Origin: Tetramitus jugosus | Taxonomy: Eukaryota > Protista > Heterolobosea | NCBI GenBank assembly: GCA_937625935.1 | Contig: OW569382.1 | Coordinates: 310,001 to 374,000 of the forward strand | Reading direction: 5' to 3' | DNA length: 64,000 bases | In this document: positions 10,706 through 20,358 of the stretch, in pieces | How positions within the stretch are numbered: position 1 is the first letter of the stretch | Layout of the letters: each line of letters opens with the position of its first letter | The notes under the pieces: model-generated | What the model saw: the letters and a program-made list of their open reading frames with translations, nothing else | Told to the model about the DNA's origin: nothing | Database searches by the model: none | Position numbers and translations under genes: made by a program

Positions 10706-12382
10706 TTACGACTCGGGAGTTGTATCTTGTGTGTCCGCAGGTCCAGTGTTAATTTCCTTTTGTTCAGAAATCTCCAAGGGTATTGCATCTAGCACTAATT
10801 CACGAACAGAGCTTCTTGTCTTCAAAATTTCATGCACTTCTGCAACGGGTGAACACAGACCAGACATTAGCTCTGTGACGTGAGGGAACCAATTGTGCTT
10901 CTCCATCATTTCTTCAAAATGTGCGTGTGAGCTGAAGAACTTCTTGCAGCTCTCAATGGACACATTTCCCTTCTTATTCACCCTGAATATGCGATCAATA
11001 TTTACACCAACCTTGGCATAGGATAGATCATCTGTTGGTCGATTGCCCCATCCGGCAACATATGGATTACCTGGAAAAACGGATTTGATACAATCGAGTA
11101 TACTAACCTTGAATACGTCCGGTCTCTTGATGATAACTTCACGAACGAGACTCGATGATGTCTTGTTCGGTGCAGTGATCACTGGACCCATTGGTAGAGC
11201 GAGACCTCCCTGCCGCACACTCTCCAAATAGTTTCGAGTTGTTGCGAACAAGCCAATGGACCGAGCCGTGAGATACATAATCTTGTATCCTCTGACTGTA
11301 AAATTTGTGAGAACAGAGGCGACACCTGGTTGTGCATAGTCCATTCCAAGACGAGTAAAAATGTGACCACGCACATCCGATTTCGTAATGGTGCCGTCCA
11401 CATCGCTAATCACAACTTTGGAGTCATGATTCCAGAAGAAGACTCTTCCATCGACTCTCTCTCCATTGAATTCAAAGGAGATGGGTGTGATCTCTTCTGT
11501 CAGATTCATTTGAGATATAAAGTTGGAGTCTGGTGTCACAACAGCATACTCGTACGTTTCTCTCTCAATTGAATCCAGCCATCGTTCACTCCAAGTAGTT
11601 GGAGTCGATGGAGTCGCAGGCGTCGAGGGCGTCGTCGGGCTCGATACATCATATCCACCACTCGAATTCGATGGCGTCATTGGAGTAACCGTGCTATAGG
11701 ACGATGTCGGCGAAGTAGACAAGGTAGATGATTTACTACTGCCGCTCAATGAAAGCCGATTCCAGAAGGAAGTGGACGAAGGTGAATCCACCGAAGAACT
11801 ACCACCACCAGTGCTACCGCCAATGCTGCCTAAATCGCTGTTGTGAGCTGAAGTTGGTGTTTGTGCACTCGTCGGAGAACGAATCAAATGTTCACTTCCC
11901 TGATTTCTGCCCCGTAAATCATCAAACTTCTCCATGGTCATAAACCGCGGATATCGTTGGCCTTTTTCAATCACGAGCAAGCCCTGTTTTTGTTTGATCT
12001 CCCTGTAGATCAACGATGAGAAAACATCGGTGCCTTGCTCTTCTATCTCGTGTGACTCAACAGAGGAGACTGGAGGAGTTTCTTCTTGAGCTTCTTGAGT
12101 AGGTTCACCACTACCATCATCATTAGAAGACGATGAAACTGGTTTGTGAGCTATAGTCTGCTGTCTTGCATCAATAGCTTTCAAGTCTTGAAGCAAAGAG
12201 CTTGGATCATTTTGCACATGTGAGTCACGCTCCACAACAGAAGCACGACTACCTCTACCTAAGAACACCTTGACCAATTGAATCTGATGAGAACGATTAC
12301 CTCGATTGAACCGCACAAAGAAGGGAGAAGATTTGAAGGAGCCATCAGGCTGCTTCACCACAATGATATCTATACATGACAT
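10706..12382 (-). CDS. LPIN: Lipin / Pah1 phosphatidate phosphatase
   Basis: Lipin N-domain IDIIVVKQPDGSFKSSPFFVRF; HAD motif VVISDVDGTITKSD, MYLTARSIG and GWGNRPTD. Confidence 0.9.
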   Translation of the reverse strand: MSCIDIIVVKQPDGSFKSSPFFVRFNRGNRSHQIQLVKVFLGRGSRASVVERDSHVQNDPSSLLQDLKAIDARQQTIAHKPVSSSSNDDGSGEPTQEAQEETPPVSSVESHEIEEQGTDVFSSLIYREIKQKQGLLVIEKGQRYPRFMTMEKFDDLRGRNQGSEHLIRSPTSAQTPTSAHNSDLGSIGGSTGGGSSSVDSPSSTSFWNRLSLSGSSKSSTLSTSPTSSYSTVTPMTPSNSSGGYDVSSPTTPSTPATPSTPTTWSERWLDSIERETYEYAVVTPDSNFISQMNLTEEITPISFEFNGERVDGRVFFWNHDSKVVISDVDGTITKSDVRGHIFTRLGMDYAQPGVASVLTNFTVRGYKIMYLTARSIGLFATTRNYLESVRQGGLALPMGPVITAPNKTSSSLVREVIIKRPDVFKVSILDCIKSVFPGNPYVAGWGNRPTDDLSYAKVGVNIDRIFRVNKKGNVSIESCKKFFSSHAHFEEMMEKHNWFPHVTELMSGLCSPVAEVHEILKTRSSVRELVLDAIPLEISEQKEINTGPADTQDTTPES

Positions 12383-13044
12383 GTTTTTTCTTGATCTTGT
12401 TGAACCGTTGAGATAAGGCCTTTGTAGCTGGAGATTACAATAGAATAAAAGCTATTACTTGTGTTGGTTGTGTTGGTTATGTTGTTATCTAAAGAAGTCT
12501 TTTGCACAAGCCAAAAAGCTTTTTCCTTTTGAACAATTCTTGAGAGCTCTGAAGCTGCAGCACTGAGTGAGTGGAGGGGAGGGTAGTGAGCCAGCCGTTA
12601 AGATATGATGAGATTGAAACAGCGATTTCAGTTCACCAAAATGACCGCCAAAAGAGGTACTCAGTTCTCAGTACCGAAGGAGGATGTTAGCTTTTGGGGA
12701 GAGTAAGATCCTGGATGCTGAAAAATCAGAGCTAATGCTTGAATTTAGACTTTGGTTAGTTGAACTGAGCCAGAGGAAGGGGTTGGGAACTGGGATGAAG
12801 CTGTAATGAGACACTCAATAATCGCGTTGTTTTTCATCCATCGAAATCTAGGAGAGGAAAAGAAAAAGCTTTTTTGTTGCAGTTCGGAGCACAATTTCAG
12901 CATGATGGGTGTCACTTTTGTTCGGGCGCACAAACAGATTGAAGTCCATCGGAAATCTGTTTATGGAACAACACCAGCGACTGTCAAGGAGATCCCTTTT
13001 GTGACACCATCCGCAACAACAAAAGACTGCAGAACAAACAGATT

Positions 13045-13647
13045 ATGAGTTACAATTCCCGTAGAGTTTATAAACAGAGTAAAACAACAAACAATCGATA
13101 CTCCACTGGAGGCAGCTCCGCCCAGAATCATTCCAGATCTCGTGATAATCACAATGACAGATATTTGCTCGTTCGCTACAATAACTCTGGTTATCGCCAA
13201 TACCTAGACGCAAGTCCCGATGCAAAGTACCCTTGGAAATTTGTCCATAGAAGAGTCGCAGAGAAGAAGTTGAGTCGCGAGATAGCATCTGACGAGCAAG
13301 TGCACCACATCAATTCGAACAAGACTGATAATCGCCCGAATAATCTCTCAGTTCTCAACACTGATATCCATCAATACATTCATGCGAACAAAGTGGAGAG
13401 TACAGCTTGTTTTCGTTGCGGTAGCACTTCTCACTTCGCTACGGATTGCTATGCCAAACGAGATGTGTTTGGCCGTCACGTGGTCACCCAAGGAAACAAG
13501 ACAGATTACATCGAGAGCGAAAGTGAGGATGAGAGCAGTGATAGTGAGGATGAACAAACTAATGGTTCATGTTTCAGATGAGGGAGAACCTCCCACTATG
13601 CCAACTCTTGCTATGCAACAACTGATATTTATGGTAATAGATTGTGA
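13045..13647 (+). CDS. HNH endonuclease with CCHC zinc knuckles; in-frame TGA at 13579-13581 interrupts the second knuckle
   Basis: VHRRVAE...VHHINSNKTDNRPNNL (HNH_3-type); CFRCGSTSHFATDCYA, then CFR*GRTSHYANSCYA continuing to a TGA ending at 13647. Confidence 0.75.
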
Positions 13648-13658
13648 TACACTTGTAT

Positions 13659-14786
13659 TTATGGTTGTTGTTTTTTCTTCTGTCCAAGAGGTAGAGATGT
13701 TAGACTCAACAGTTGAACGATAATAGACTCTTTCTTGTTGTTGCCTAGAATGAAATAGAGTACTACTCCAATCAAACCCAACAAGAGAGCTGCCATTATA
13801 GGCGATAAGACATAGGAGACAGACATGACAAACGCAACCACAAAGAACACAACTAGTCTCCATAATAGAGTCATCTGATCCTTTGTGTTTGACACTTGTC
13901 TCTGCATGTCATCCACTTGACTCTGCAATCGTTGCAATTGCACTTGAAAATCTCTCTGTTGTTCGACAAGAGTCTTTCCACTGTTCATTGTAGCGCCACT
14001 TCTTCTCGCACTGCTCATCTTCACAAGAGTGCTTCCATTCATGGTCATCGCTGGTTTTGTTGTGACTTGCGACTGATCACTAGCTTTCAATGACGATTCG
14101 TCATTGCTCTTTTCAGCCAAATCATTTTTGTTAGTACTGTTCTGCTTATGAGCGGCTTCCTCTTTAAAATTTTCTTCTGCTTCTTCTTCTTCCTCTTCTT
14201 CTGTTCCCTCGTTGCAACTGTTCCACTCTTGATTCTTCACCAGAATGGACTCCATTCGATCCAGTAGTCTCTTGTCCTTGATCTCATTGTGATGCATCGT
14301 TACATTTTCCAACCTCGTTCGACTCTTGCACTTTTCCATGCACTGAATCAAGTAGAGACATCCATCATCCGATATCAAATTTCCATCAAAGTCCAAATCA
14401 ATAATCTCCAACTCGTTATTCCCATTGATCCACTGATGACTGAGATACTTGATTCCTGCGTCACTAATCTTGTTTTCACCCAGAGTCAAAATACTGAGAT
14501 TGCTCTTGTCTGCCACTGCATCGACAATGCACTTGAGTCCCTTGTCTGAAATTTTGTTGTTGTTGAGCTTGAGACAACCGATTGTAAAGTTTTGAGAGAG
14601 CAGTGAGGCTAGGACTTGACATCCAGAATCACCAAACTTGTTACCACTGAGATCCAGTGAGATGACACTCGTGTTGGACAGCAGTCGATCCACGAGAGCT
14701 TGTAATTGAGTCAGATCAGGGATTTTGAAGGCACAGTCCAGAGATTTGGTATTTAGGTCCAGTTCAGAAATGTTTAGCTTTCCCAT
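13659..14786 (-). CDS. RNI-like leucine-rich repeat protein with coiled coil and C-terminal transmembrane hairpin
   Basis: Repeats LDLSGNKFGDSG, LKLNNNKISDKG, LTLGENKISDAG, LDFDGNLISDDG; hydrophobic C-terminus. Confidence 0.8.
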   Translation of the reverse strand: MGKLNISELDLNTKSLDCAFKIPDLTQLQALVDRLLSNTSVISLDLSGNKFGDSGCQVLASLLSQNFTIGCLKLNNNKISDKGLKCIVDAVADKSNLSILTLGENKISDAGIKYLSHQWINGNNELEIIDLDFDGNLISDDGCLYLIQCMEKCKSRTRLENVTMHHNEIKDKRLLDRMESILVKNQEWNSCNEGTEEEEEEEAEENFKEEAAHKQNSTNKNDLAEKSNDESSLKASDQSQVTTKPAMTMNGSTLVKMSSARRSGATMNSGKTLVEQQRDFQVQLQRLQSQVDDMQRQVSNTKDQMTLLWRLVVFFVVAFVMSVSYVLSPIMAALLLGLIGVVLYFILGNNKKESIIVQLLSLTSLPLGQKKKQQP

Positions 14787-15241
14787 TGGTTTTTATTTCT
14801 TGTGTGGTTGTGTTGTTATTGTCGTGTTTTTCTTGTTTTGTTCGCAACAAGGGAAGCTTTGGTGTGGTTATGGTGTCATCCATCTTGTTTTGGTCGTGTG
14901 TCGTCGGTAAAGTGAACTGACATCATGAAACGTTTTTCCGCTACTACGTTGAATTTTGAGATAAAATTCTCCACCGTGTGTTGTGTGAAAAACATGTATT
15001 TACTTACTTTCTGACTGAGTCTATCAATATTGCAATAGGGCGAATTGATTGAAAAACTGCGTGTTTTATTGCTCCGTTGATCCAACAGACAACTGTTGCA
15101 AATATCCATTGGGGAAGAATACTCAAAAACACGAGCACACTCACATAGATTAGCCACACGATCTTAATAGGCAAAACTATTGAATTGGATCCACATATTT
15201 TTCCCCTAGAAAATCCAATTTCTATCTCACAAGTACACAAG

Positions 15242-15733
15242 ATGACAACAGAACAACTCCACCGTGCAATTGACTCTCAAGAGATTATTCTAGCTCACTA
15301 CCAAGCTATTCTGAACCTGTTTCGTTGGTTTGACAAGGACAGCGATGGTTTGATTACACTGCATGATTTACAACAGTTTTTCGAAGAGTATCACGACAAT
15401 GAGGAGAAGGGCACGCTCATTTCAATGGAAGAAATGCAGAGTCTGATTCAAGAGATTAACCAGGAGGGAAAAGTATCGTTTTCAGATTTATTGACAGCAG
15501 TGAATAGTGATATACAGTCCAATATGCTCCAACTGTGCGAAAGGCAACAATTATTGAGCAATTCAGAGCTATTGGCAACAGAGATTGAACAGATTTATAC
15601 AACAGCTTTCAATAAGGTGAAGCTTTTGAATCGCATCTCAGATCGATTGCGATGTTTCTACAATTTAGAGCTTCCTGTCGTTGAGAGAGTGATACAGAAA
15701 GAACTGCAAAAGAACCACCTGATGCATGCCTGA
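15242..15733 (+). CDS. EF-hand (calmodulin-like) protein
   Basis: FRWFDKDSDGLITLHDL canonical loop; degenerate second hand INQEGKVSFSDL. Start placed at the first ATG. Confidence 0.65.
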   Translation: MTTEQLHRAIDSQEIILAHYQAILNLFRWFDKDSDGLITLHDLQQFFEEYHDNEEKGTLISMEEMQSLIQEINQEGKVSFSDLLTAVNSDIQSNMLQLCERQQLLSNSELLATEIEQIYTTAFNKVKLLNRISDRLRCFYNLELPVVERVIQKELQKNHLMHA

Positions 15734-15929
15734 AGCTCTCGCCATTCAAGCTCGAAACCACGGAATAATAAAAAGGAAAATTAACCAAGAATAATCCCGT
15801 AGGATTTCGCGCCAAAAAACTTCGGGCCATTGTGAAAACACACCAACAATCACACCCTTTTCTCATCACACCTCACACAGAAAGAGTAAAGAAGAACGAC
15901 CGAACAATCTCCTCTCAACGTGAAAAACA

Positions 15930-16823
15930 ATGGCACACAATCAAGACGAAATCATCAACAACAACGACAACAATCCGGAGTTACTTCATTCCTCTCACAG
16001 CTCACCGGACCTTGCCGGTCATGGTCCGCTTTCTCCCGCCCAAAATTTACAGCTTGGTTTTTCGGAGATGACCAATGACTCATCACAGGACGATCACAAC
16101 AACAACAACAATAGCACATGTCCTGTCAAGCAACCACATGATCAAGCTCAACCAGAAGCTAAAGCTCAACAAGAACAACCAAAAGCTACACCATCAAAAG
16201 ACAAGGTTGAACCCAAGGATGAGCTACGGTTGAAACCATACGTTTACAAATCGTGCAATGCCATTGTGAGAAAGCATGGATACAAGCATGGTGCCTTCTC
16301 CTTTATTTGGAGACGTTTCTTGAGAGTTCTCTTCACTCAGTCACTGCCCATTTACCTGCCTATTCACTGCCTTCCAATCGTCCTATTCAAGAGGAAGCAA
16401 TTGGTTCAAACTCCAAAAACAGTACTTTGGTCATTGCTCAAGGCCAATGTCAAATCATGTCTCTTTTTGTCTTCTTTCCAGACATTGTTTATTGCTGTGG
16501 TTTGTCTCGGTAATTATTGCCTCAAGAATGATTCTCCGATGACTGCAGTTGTGTCTGGTCTGTTGGCACCTCTGTCCATTTTGTTTGAGAATGAGAATCG
16601 GAGGAAAGAAATGATGTTGTATTGTGTGCCTCGTGTGGGTGAGATTTTGCAGCGTCTTGGTGTCGAGAGTCAATGGTTCAATGAAATGTCATGGGACAAT
16701 GCAGTGCTTGTCTTGTTTTCATTGTCCATGGGTGTTCTCATGTACTATTATCACCGTGATTCAACGGGAAGAACAATCAAGCCATCGATTCGTTCACTGA
16801 TTTCATTGACTCTTGGTTATTAA
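15930..16823 (+). CDS. TMEM135-like membrane protein
   Basis: YLPIHCLP, SCLFLSSF and SILFENENRRKEMMLYCVPR match the TMEM135/Tim17-like pattern; several hydrophobic helices. Confidence 0.7.
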   Translation: MAHNQDEIINNNDNNPELLHSSHSSPDLAGHGPLSPAQNLQLGFSEMTNDSSQDDHNNNNNSTCPVKQPHDQAQPEAKAQQEQPKATPSKDKVEPKDELRLKPYVYKSCNAIVRKHGYKHGAFSFIWRRFLRVLFTQSLPIYLPIHCLPIVLFKRKQLVQTPKTVLWSLLKANVKSCLFLSSFQTLFIAVVCLGNYCLKNDSPMTAVVSGLLAPLSILFENENRRKEMMLYCVPRVGEILQRLGVESQWFNEMSWDNAVLVLFSLSMGVLMYYYHRDSTGRTIKPSIRSLISLTLGY

Positions 16824-17185
16824 ATGTGTGTGAGTGAGGTGTGGTGTGGGTATGGACATCATGGTTGGTGGTGGTTGTGTCAAACAATGATTCCTCCGAT
16901 CATTAGTAGAAACCAGATTGGATTCTTCAATGAGAATGGTTGTGCAAGGAGCACAACCATGCAATTTGGGAATATGTACACTGGTTGTCTCTTGGTATTG
17001 AGTTCAGTGATGATATCATTGAGCGAACAACGATCTAATTTAATGGTGACACAGCTCGAAGAGTTGTTATTCCAAAATTATGATAATAAATAAATGTGCA
17101 CTATTCTGGCATGCATAGGGATAATAGAATGGAGACATTGAATGGATTAACCAAAGGGAGATACTCTGAGATTGGGAAACAAGAG

Positions 17186-17686
17186 TCACTGCCCCTTCAT
17201 GGCATTTCGAAGCATCATTGTCATTTGTTCGCTGCTAGTTATCGTCTTACTAAGGTCTAGAGAAAGGTCATACTCCAGCTTGTTGGTGTTCTTCCGCCGG
17301 TGAGACTTTCTATTTGGATTTGGAAAACTACCAGTGTTTCCACTCATAGAGCAGGGAATCAACTCAGGACTTTCGCTCCTGGTCAATGGAGGTAATTGTT
17401 GCTTTTGGTTCTTTCTTTTCTCCTCCCAATCGAACTGATGAGGATCCTTCTGAAAATCAGTCAAGTTCTTTAGCACTTTATTCTCCATGCTCGGATCCAA
17501 CGGCTTCAGTTTTACATTGGTCTTCGTATGAGAATCTTTTGTACATTGTGGAACTGTTGTTGAAGCTACTCCTTGTATGTTGGCAGCAATAGCTTTTGGA
17601 TACTGTCTTCCCTGACCAGAGGAAACAGGAAGAAACTTGCTCTTTTTCTTGTATACTTGAGGAGAGTCAGAAGTACTAGAGTTCAT
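17186..17686 (-). CDS. Hypothetical protein
   Basis: 166-aa ATG-initiated hydrophilic ORF with no motif recognised. Confidence 0.4.
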   Translation of the reverse strand: MNSSTSDSPQVYKKKSKFLPVSSGQGRQYPKAIAANIQGVASTTVPQCTKDSHTKTNVKLKPLDPSMENKVLKNLTDFQKDPHQFDWEEKRKNQKQQLPPLTRSESPELIPCSMSGNTGSFPNPNRKSHRRKNTNKLEYDLSLDLSKTITSSEQMTMMLRNAMKGQ

Positions 17687-17896
17687 TCTTTGTTATCTTG
17701 ATAATCTAATTATTACTGTCTCAGTTTAGAGCTAATATATTGAACTCGGAGAACAATGTTTGGACCTTTGATTCTTGTACAGTGGAGCGAGAGAGGAAAC
17801 TTTCTGTTGTTTCCTTCCAGTTGAAACCTTGTAGACGCCTCCACAAGTTCACAAAACGACCACAAACTAGTTCGTAGCGGCGCATAGTAAAAAGTT

Positions 17897-17968
17897 AGGC
17901 TCAACCGAGAATCGAACTCGGGACCCCCAGTTTACAAGACTGGTGCACTACCGCTGTGCTATTGAGCC
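17897..17968 (-). tRNA. tRNA-Thr(UGU)
   Basis: Reverse complement GGCTCAATAGCACAGCGGTAGTGCACCAGTCTTGTAAACTGGGGGTCCCGAGTTCGATTCTCGGTTGAGCCT folds into a cloverleaf with anticodon TGT; T5 Pol III terminator at 17889-17893. Confidence 0.95.
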
Positions 17969-18013
17969 AGTATTTTATCGGCGGTTCTACAAATATTCCA
18001 CCGTAGGTGGGCC

Positions 18014-19407
18014 AAAAAACGCAGAAAAAACGCCGATGAAAAAACGAACACACACCCCTGTTGTTCGCGAGTATGAGAATCCACGCTATGCTGTGTGGAC
18101 CACAGCACCAAGAGGAACTGCTCCAAGCAGCAAGGAGGTCATCATCACTGGAAAGTGTGATGACTCTCCCAAGGCTGCCTTGGCCAAGAAGATTGGCTTG
18201 GATTTTGGTGATTTGCTCACCAGGGTCCAAGTCATCAAGAAGGGCCCCAAGAGGTTTGTTGCGTGGGTAACTGTTGTTGATGACAACATTTACCCATTTG
18301 TTGAATCCTTCAACCGCAACAAGAAGATGAGTGGCTGCAAGGCAGCACTCAAGCACAATGTAGATTGTGCCAAGAAGGTCGTCCTCCACGGTGTCAAAGG
18401 TAAGACGGAGGACGACATCAAGGCCATGCCTGGCACAACAAAGGTCAAGAACGTGCTCAAGAAGCACGACACCGCCTTTGTTGTGATGGAGTCCGAAACG
18501 TATGCCGAAGCTTTGCTTCGGAACGTTCAATCCATGCCAGTGGAGGTGGAAGCAAAGCGCTTCCTTCCACGCCCACGTGATCCGGTCAAGGCTGTCAGCA
18601 AGAGGCTGACCAAGATGTACCAAGAGCTACTGGCTGTGGTGGACGACCTGCGCCACCAAGTCAGTGTGTTAAAAGATATGGCTTCCGTCAACCGGATTCC
18701 CCTCGCATCCCCGTCTCCAAGGACGCCGGAGCGAATCTCCGAATTCGAACCTTCGACTCCGTCTACGACCGATGATTGGGAGTCGATCATGCCGGAGTCC
18801 CATCCCGCCACTCCAACTACGGTCACCCAAGAGCCAACCAACAACACCATTGATGAGGATGCTCGTAACAGAGCAATCCTCGAGCTAGTATTGAACACCT
18901 CCGAGGTGTTCAAGAAAGTCAAGAAAGAGATTGCTGCCCGAGCAATCATGGTGGACCGTGCAAGAAGCACAACCACCGAAGAAGATCCAGTTGAGTTGGA
19001 TCTCAGTAACCCCGACTGTGAGTTACAGAGTCCCCAACTCAACGAACACAAGAAGCGATCAGCACGTGTCACCGTTGGTGACACTGCTGCCAACAAGATC
19101 CCGGCCAGGTTGGCCAGTATCAAGTCAGGTGCTCTCCGGAGGTCCTACCAACTGGCTAGGACTACGGAGCCATCTGACCTCACCAGTGGTGCTCCAGATG
19201 GTAGTGGAGGCCCTCGCAACGAATCCCTGAAGAAGGGATCAAAACAACATTCCAAGAAGAGAATGAATCCTGTTGCGTAGGCCTGTCAATCCACTGGGCA
19301 AGCACCACATCATGTTAGGCAATTGAGAGCAGGCTTGCTCTCACGCAAAAGAAAAATAAAAGTTCCGCAACGTGGTGCGTGAGCACCATTTGTTGTATTA
19401 AAAAAAA
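18014..19407 (+). mobile_element. tRNA-associated non-LTR retroelement, ORF1-only copy, upstream of tRNA-Thr
   Basis: Begins at A6CG 46 bp upstream of the tRNA; intact ORF1; ends in hairpin-AATAAA-hairpin-A8 (19324-19407), a structure shared with the ORF2-bearing copy at 34271-35157. Left boundary is approximate. Confidence 0.8.
18036..19280 (+). CDS. Retroelement ORF1-like protein (414 aa): two RRM-like domains, coiled coil, Pro/Ser/Thr linker, basic tail
   Basis: EVIITG...RFVAWVTV and KVVLHGV...TAFVVMESETYAEALL resemble RNP2/RNP1 pairs; RLTKMYQELLAVVDDLRHQVSVL is heptad-like; homologues at 33780-34254 and 55720-56450. Confidence 0.75.
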   Translation: MKKRTHTPVVREYENPRYAVWTTAPRGTAPSSKEVIITGKCDDSPKAALAKKIGLDFGDLLTRVQVIKKGPKRFVAWVTVVDDNIYPFVESFNRNKKMSGCKAALKHNVDCAKKVVLHGVKGKTEDDIKAMPGTTKVKNVLKKHDTAFVVMESETYAEALLRNVQSMPVEVEAKRFLPRPRDPVKAVSKRLTKMYQELLAVVDDLRHQVSVLKDMASVNRIPLASPSPRTPERISEFEPSTPSTTDDWESIMPESHPATPTTVTQEPTNNTIDEDARNRAILELVLNTSEVFKKVKKEIAARAIMVDRARSTTTEEDPVELDLSNPDCELQSPQLNEHKKRSARVTVGDTAANKIPARLASIKSGALRRSYQLARTTEPSDLTSGAPDGSGGPRNESLKKGSKQHSKKRMNPVA

Positions 19408-19479
19408 TTCCATGCCGCTGTTTAATTCCGTTGATCAAGTTTAAGCTAAGAATATTGAAATTAATACCCTTTATTTGTC

Positions 19480-20298
19480 TTACGATGGTAAACTGAGCAT
19501 GTGTGGATGCTTCCTTTGGATAGATACTCTATGAGGACCAATGACTGATATAGCAGGATAGTAAATGATTCCTTGAGTAGAAATACCTGATATGGTGTGA
19601 AAGTACGTATTGTTCCTGAATAGATACATCGATGCAGTATTTGAACTACTCAAATTCTTCAAATCGAGCTTGATGGCAATCTTGTCACCTGCATGATAAT
19701 CCGAGCACAGAGCAACATCTGCTCGTACGTGATTAATATGAATTGTATGTTCACCAATGTTGTAACTAACGCCATGACTGCACAATCCAATAATCTTGTC
19801 ACGACCCACTTGTGTAAAAACAAAGGTGCTTCTCTCAATTCCCACAAATATGCGATAACTGTTGAGTTTTTTAATGTCCAGAGACTCTAGAGTGTACTCC
19901 CAACAATGAACCATCCCCATACCAAGTTTTCTACTTGTTCGAATCGTGTCCCATTTGGATCGTCTCTCACATGATATCGTCCTATTGTCGTTGTGCATCA
20001 GAATGTTCGTGTCTGATGTTCTTGACTTGGGATCCCATTTGACCATGCTAGAGCGAACCAATTCTCGCCACACTCTCGCATTGTTCTTGCTTAGGTCGAG
20101 ACTACGAGCCATCAATTTCCACACGCACAAATCGGCCTCAGCACTCAGTACCAAGTAAGCCCCGTGTTGACTAGTCAACGAAATATGATACAAATCACCC
20201 AAGTACAAGAAGTTGAGAATGTACCATTGCAAATCACATGGCAACAACTCAAAAATATTATTACTCGTCACCACTAATTCTTTTTCAGGTGGTTCCAT
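19480..20298 (-). CDS. F-box + SPRY/B30.2 domain protein
   Basis: F-box LLPCDLQWYILNFL...ISLTS; SPRY-like HCWEY, IFVGI, YHAGDKIAIKLDL, LFRNN, YYPAISV. Start placed at the first ATG (MEPPEK). Confidence 0.8.
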   Translation of the reverse strand: MEPPEKELVVTSNNIFELLPCDLQWYILNFLYLGDLYHISLTSQHGAYLVLSAEADLCVWKLMARSLDLSKNNARVWRELVRSSMVKWDPKSRTSDTNILMHNDNRTISCERRSKWDTIRTSRKLGMGMVHCWEYTLESLDIKKLNSYRIFVGIERSTFVFTQVGRDKIIGLCSHGVSYNIGEHTIHINHVRADVALCSDYHAGDKIAIKLDLKNLSSSNTASMYLFRNNTYFHTISGISTQGIIYYPAISVIGPHRVSIQRKHPHMLSLPS

Positions 20299-20358
20299 GA
20301 GTGTTAATGTTTTCTTTTGTTCTCTATCCAAGTTCGAAGCGCCAGAGAACAAAAAAAC

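Noticed and set aside
17943-18035. N-terminal extension of the 445-aa ORF from GTG 17943
   Set aside because: It overlaps the tRNA-Thr gene; homology with the other ORF1 copy begins near ATG 18036.
17991-19420. Possible TSD around the tRNA-Thr element (AAATATTCCACCG vs AAAAATTCCATGCCG)
   Set aside because: Only about 6 contiguous identical bases in AT-rich context; not distinguishable from chance. No convincing TSD was found for the tRNA-Leu copies either.
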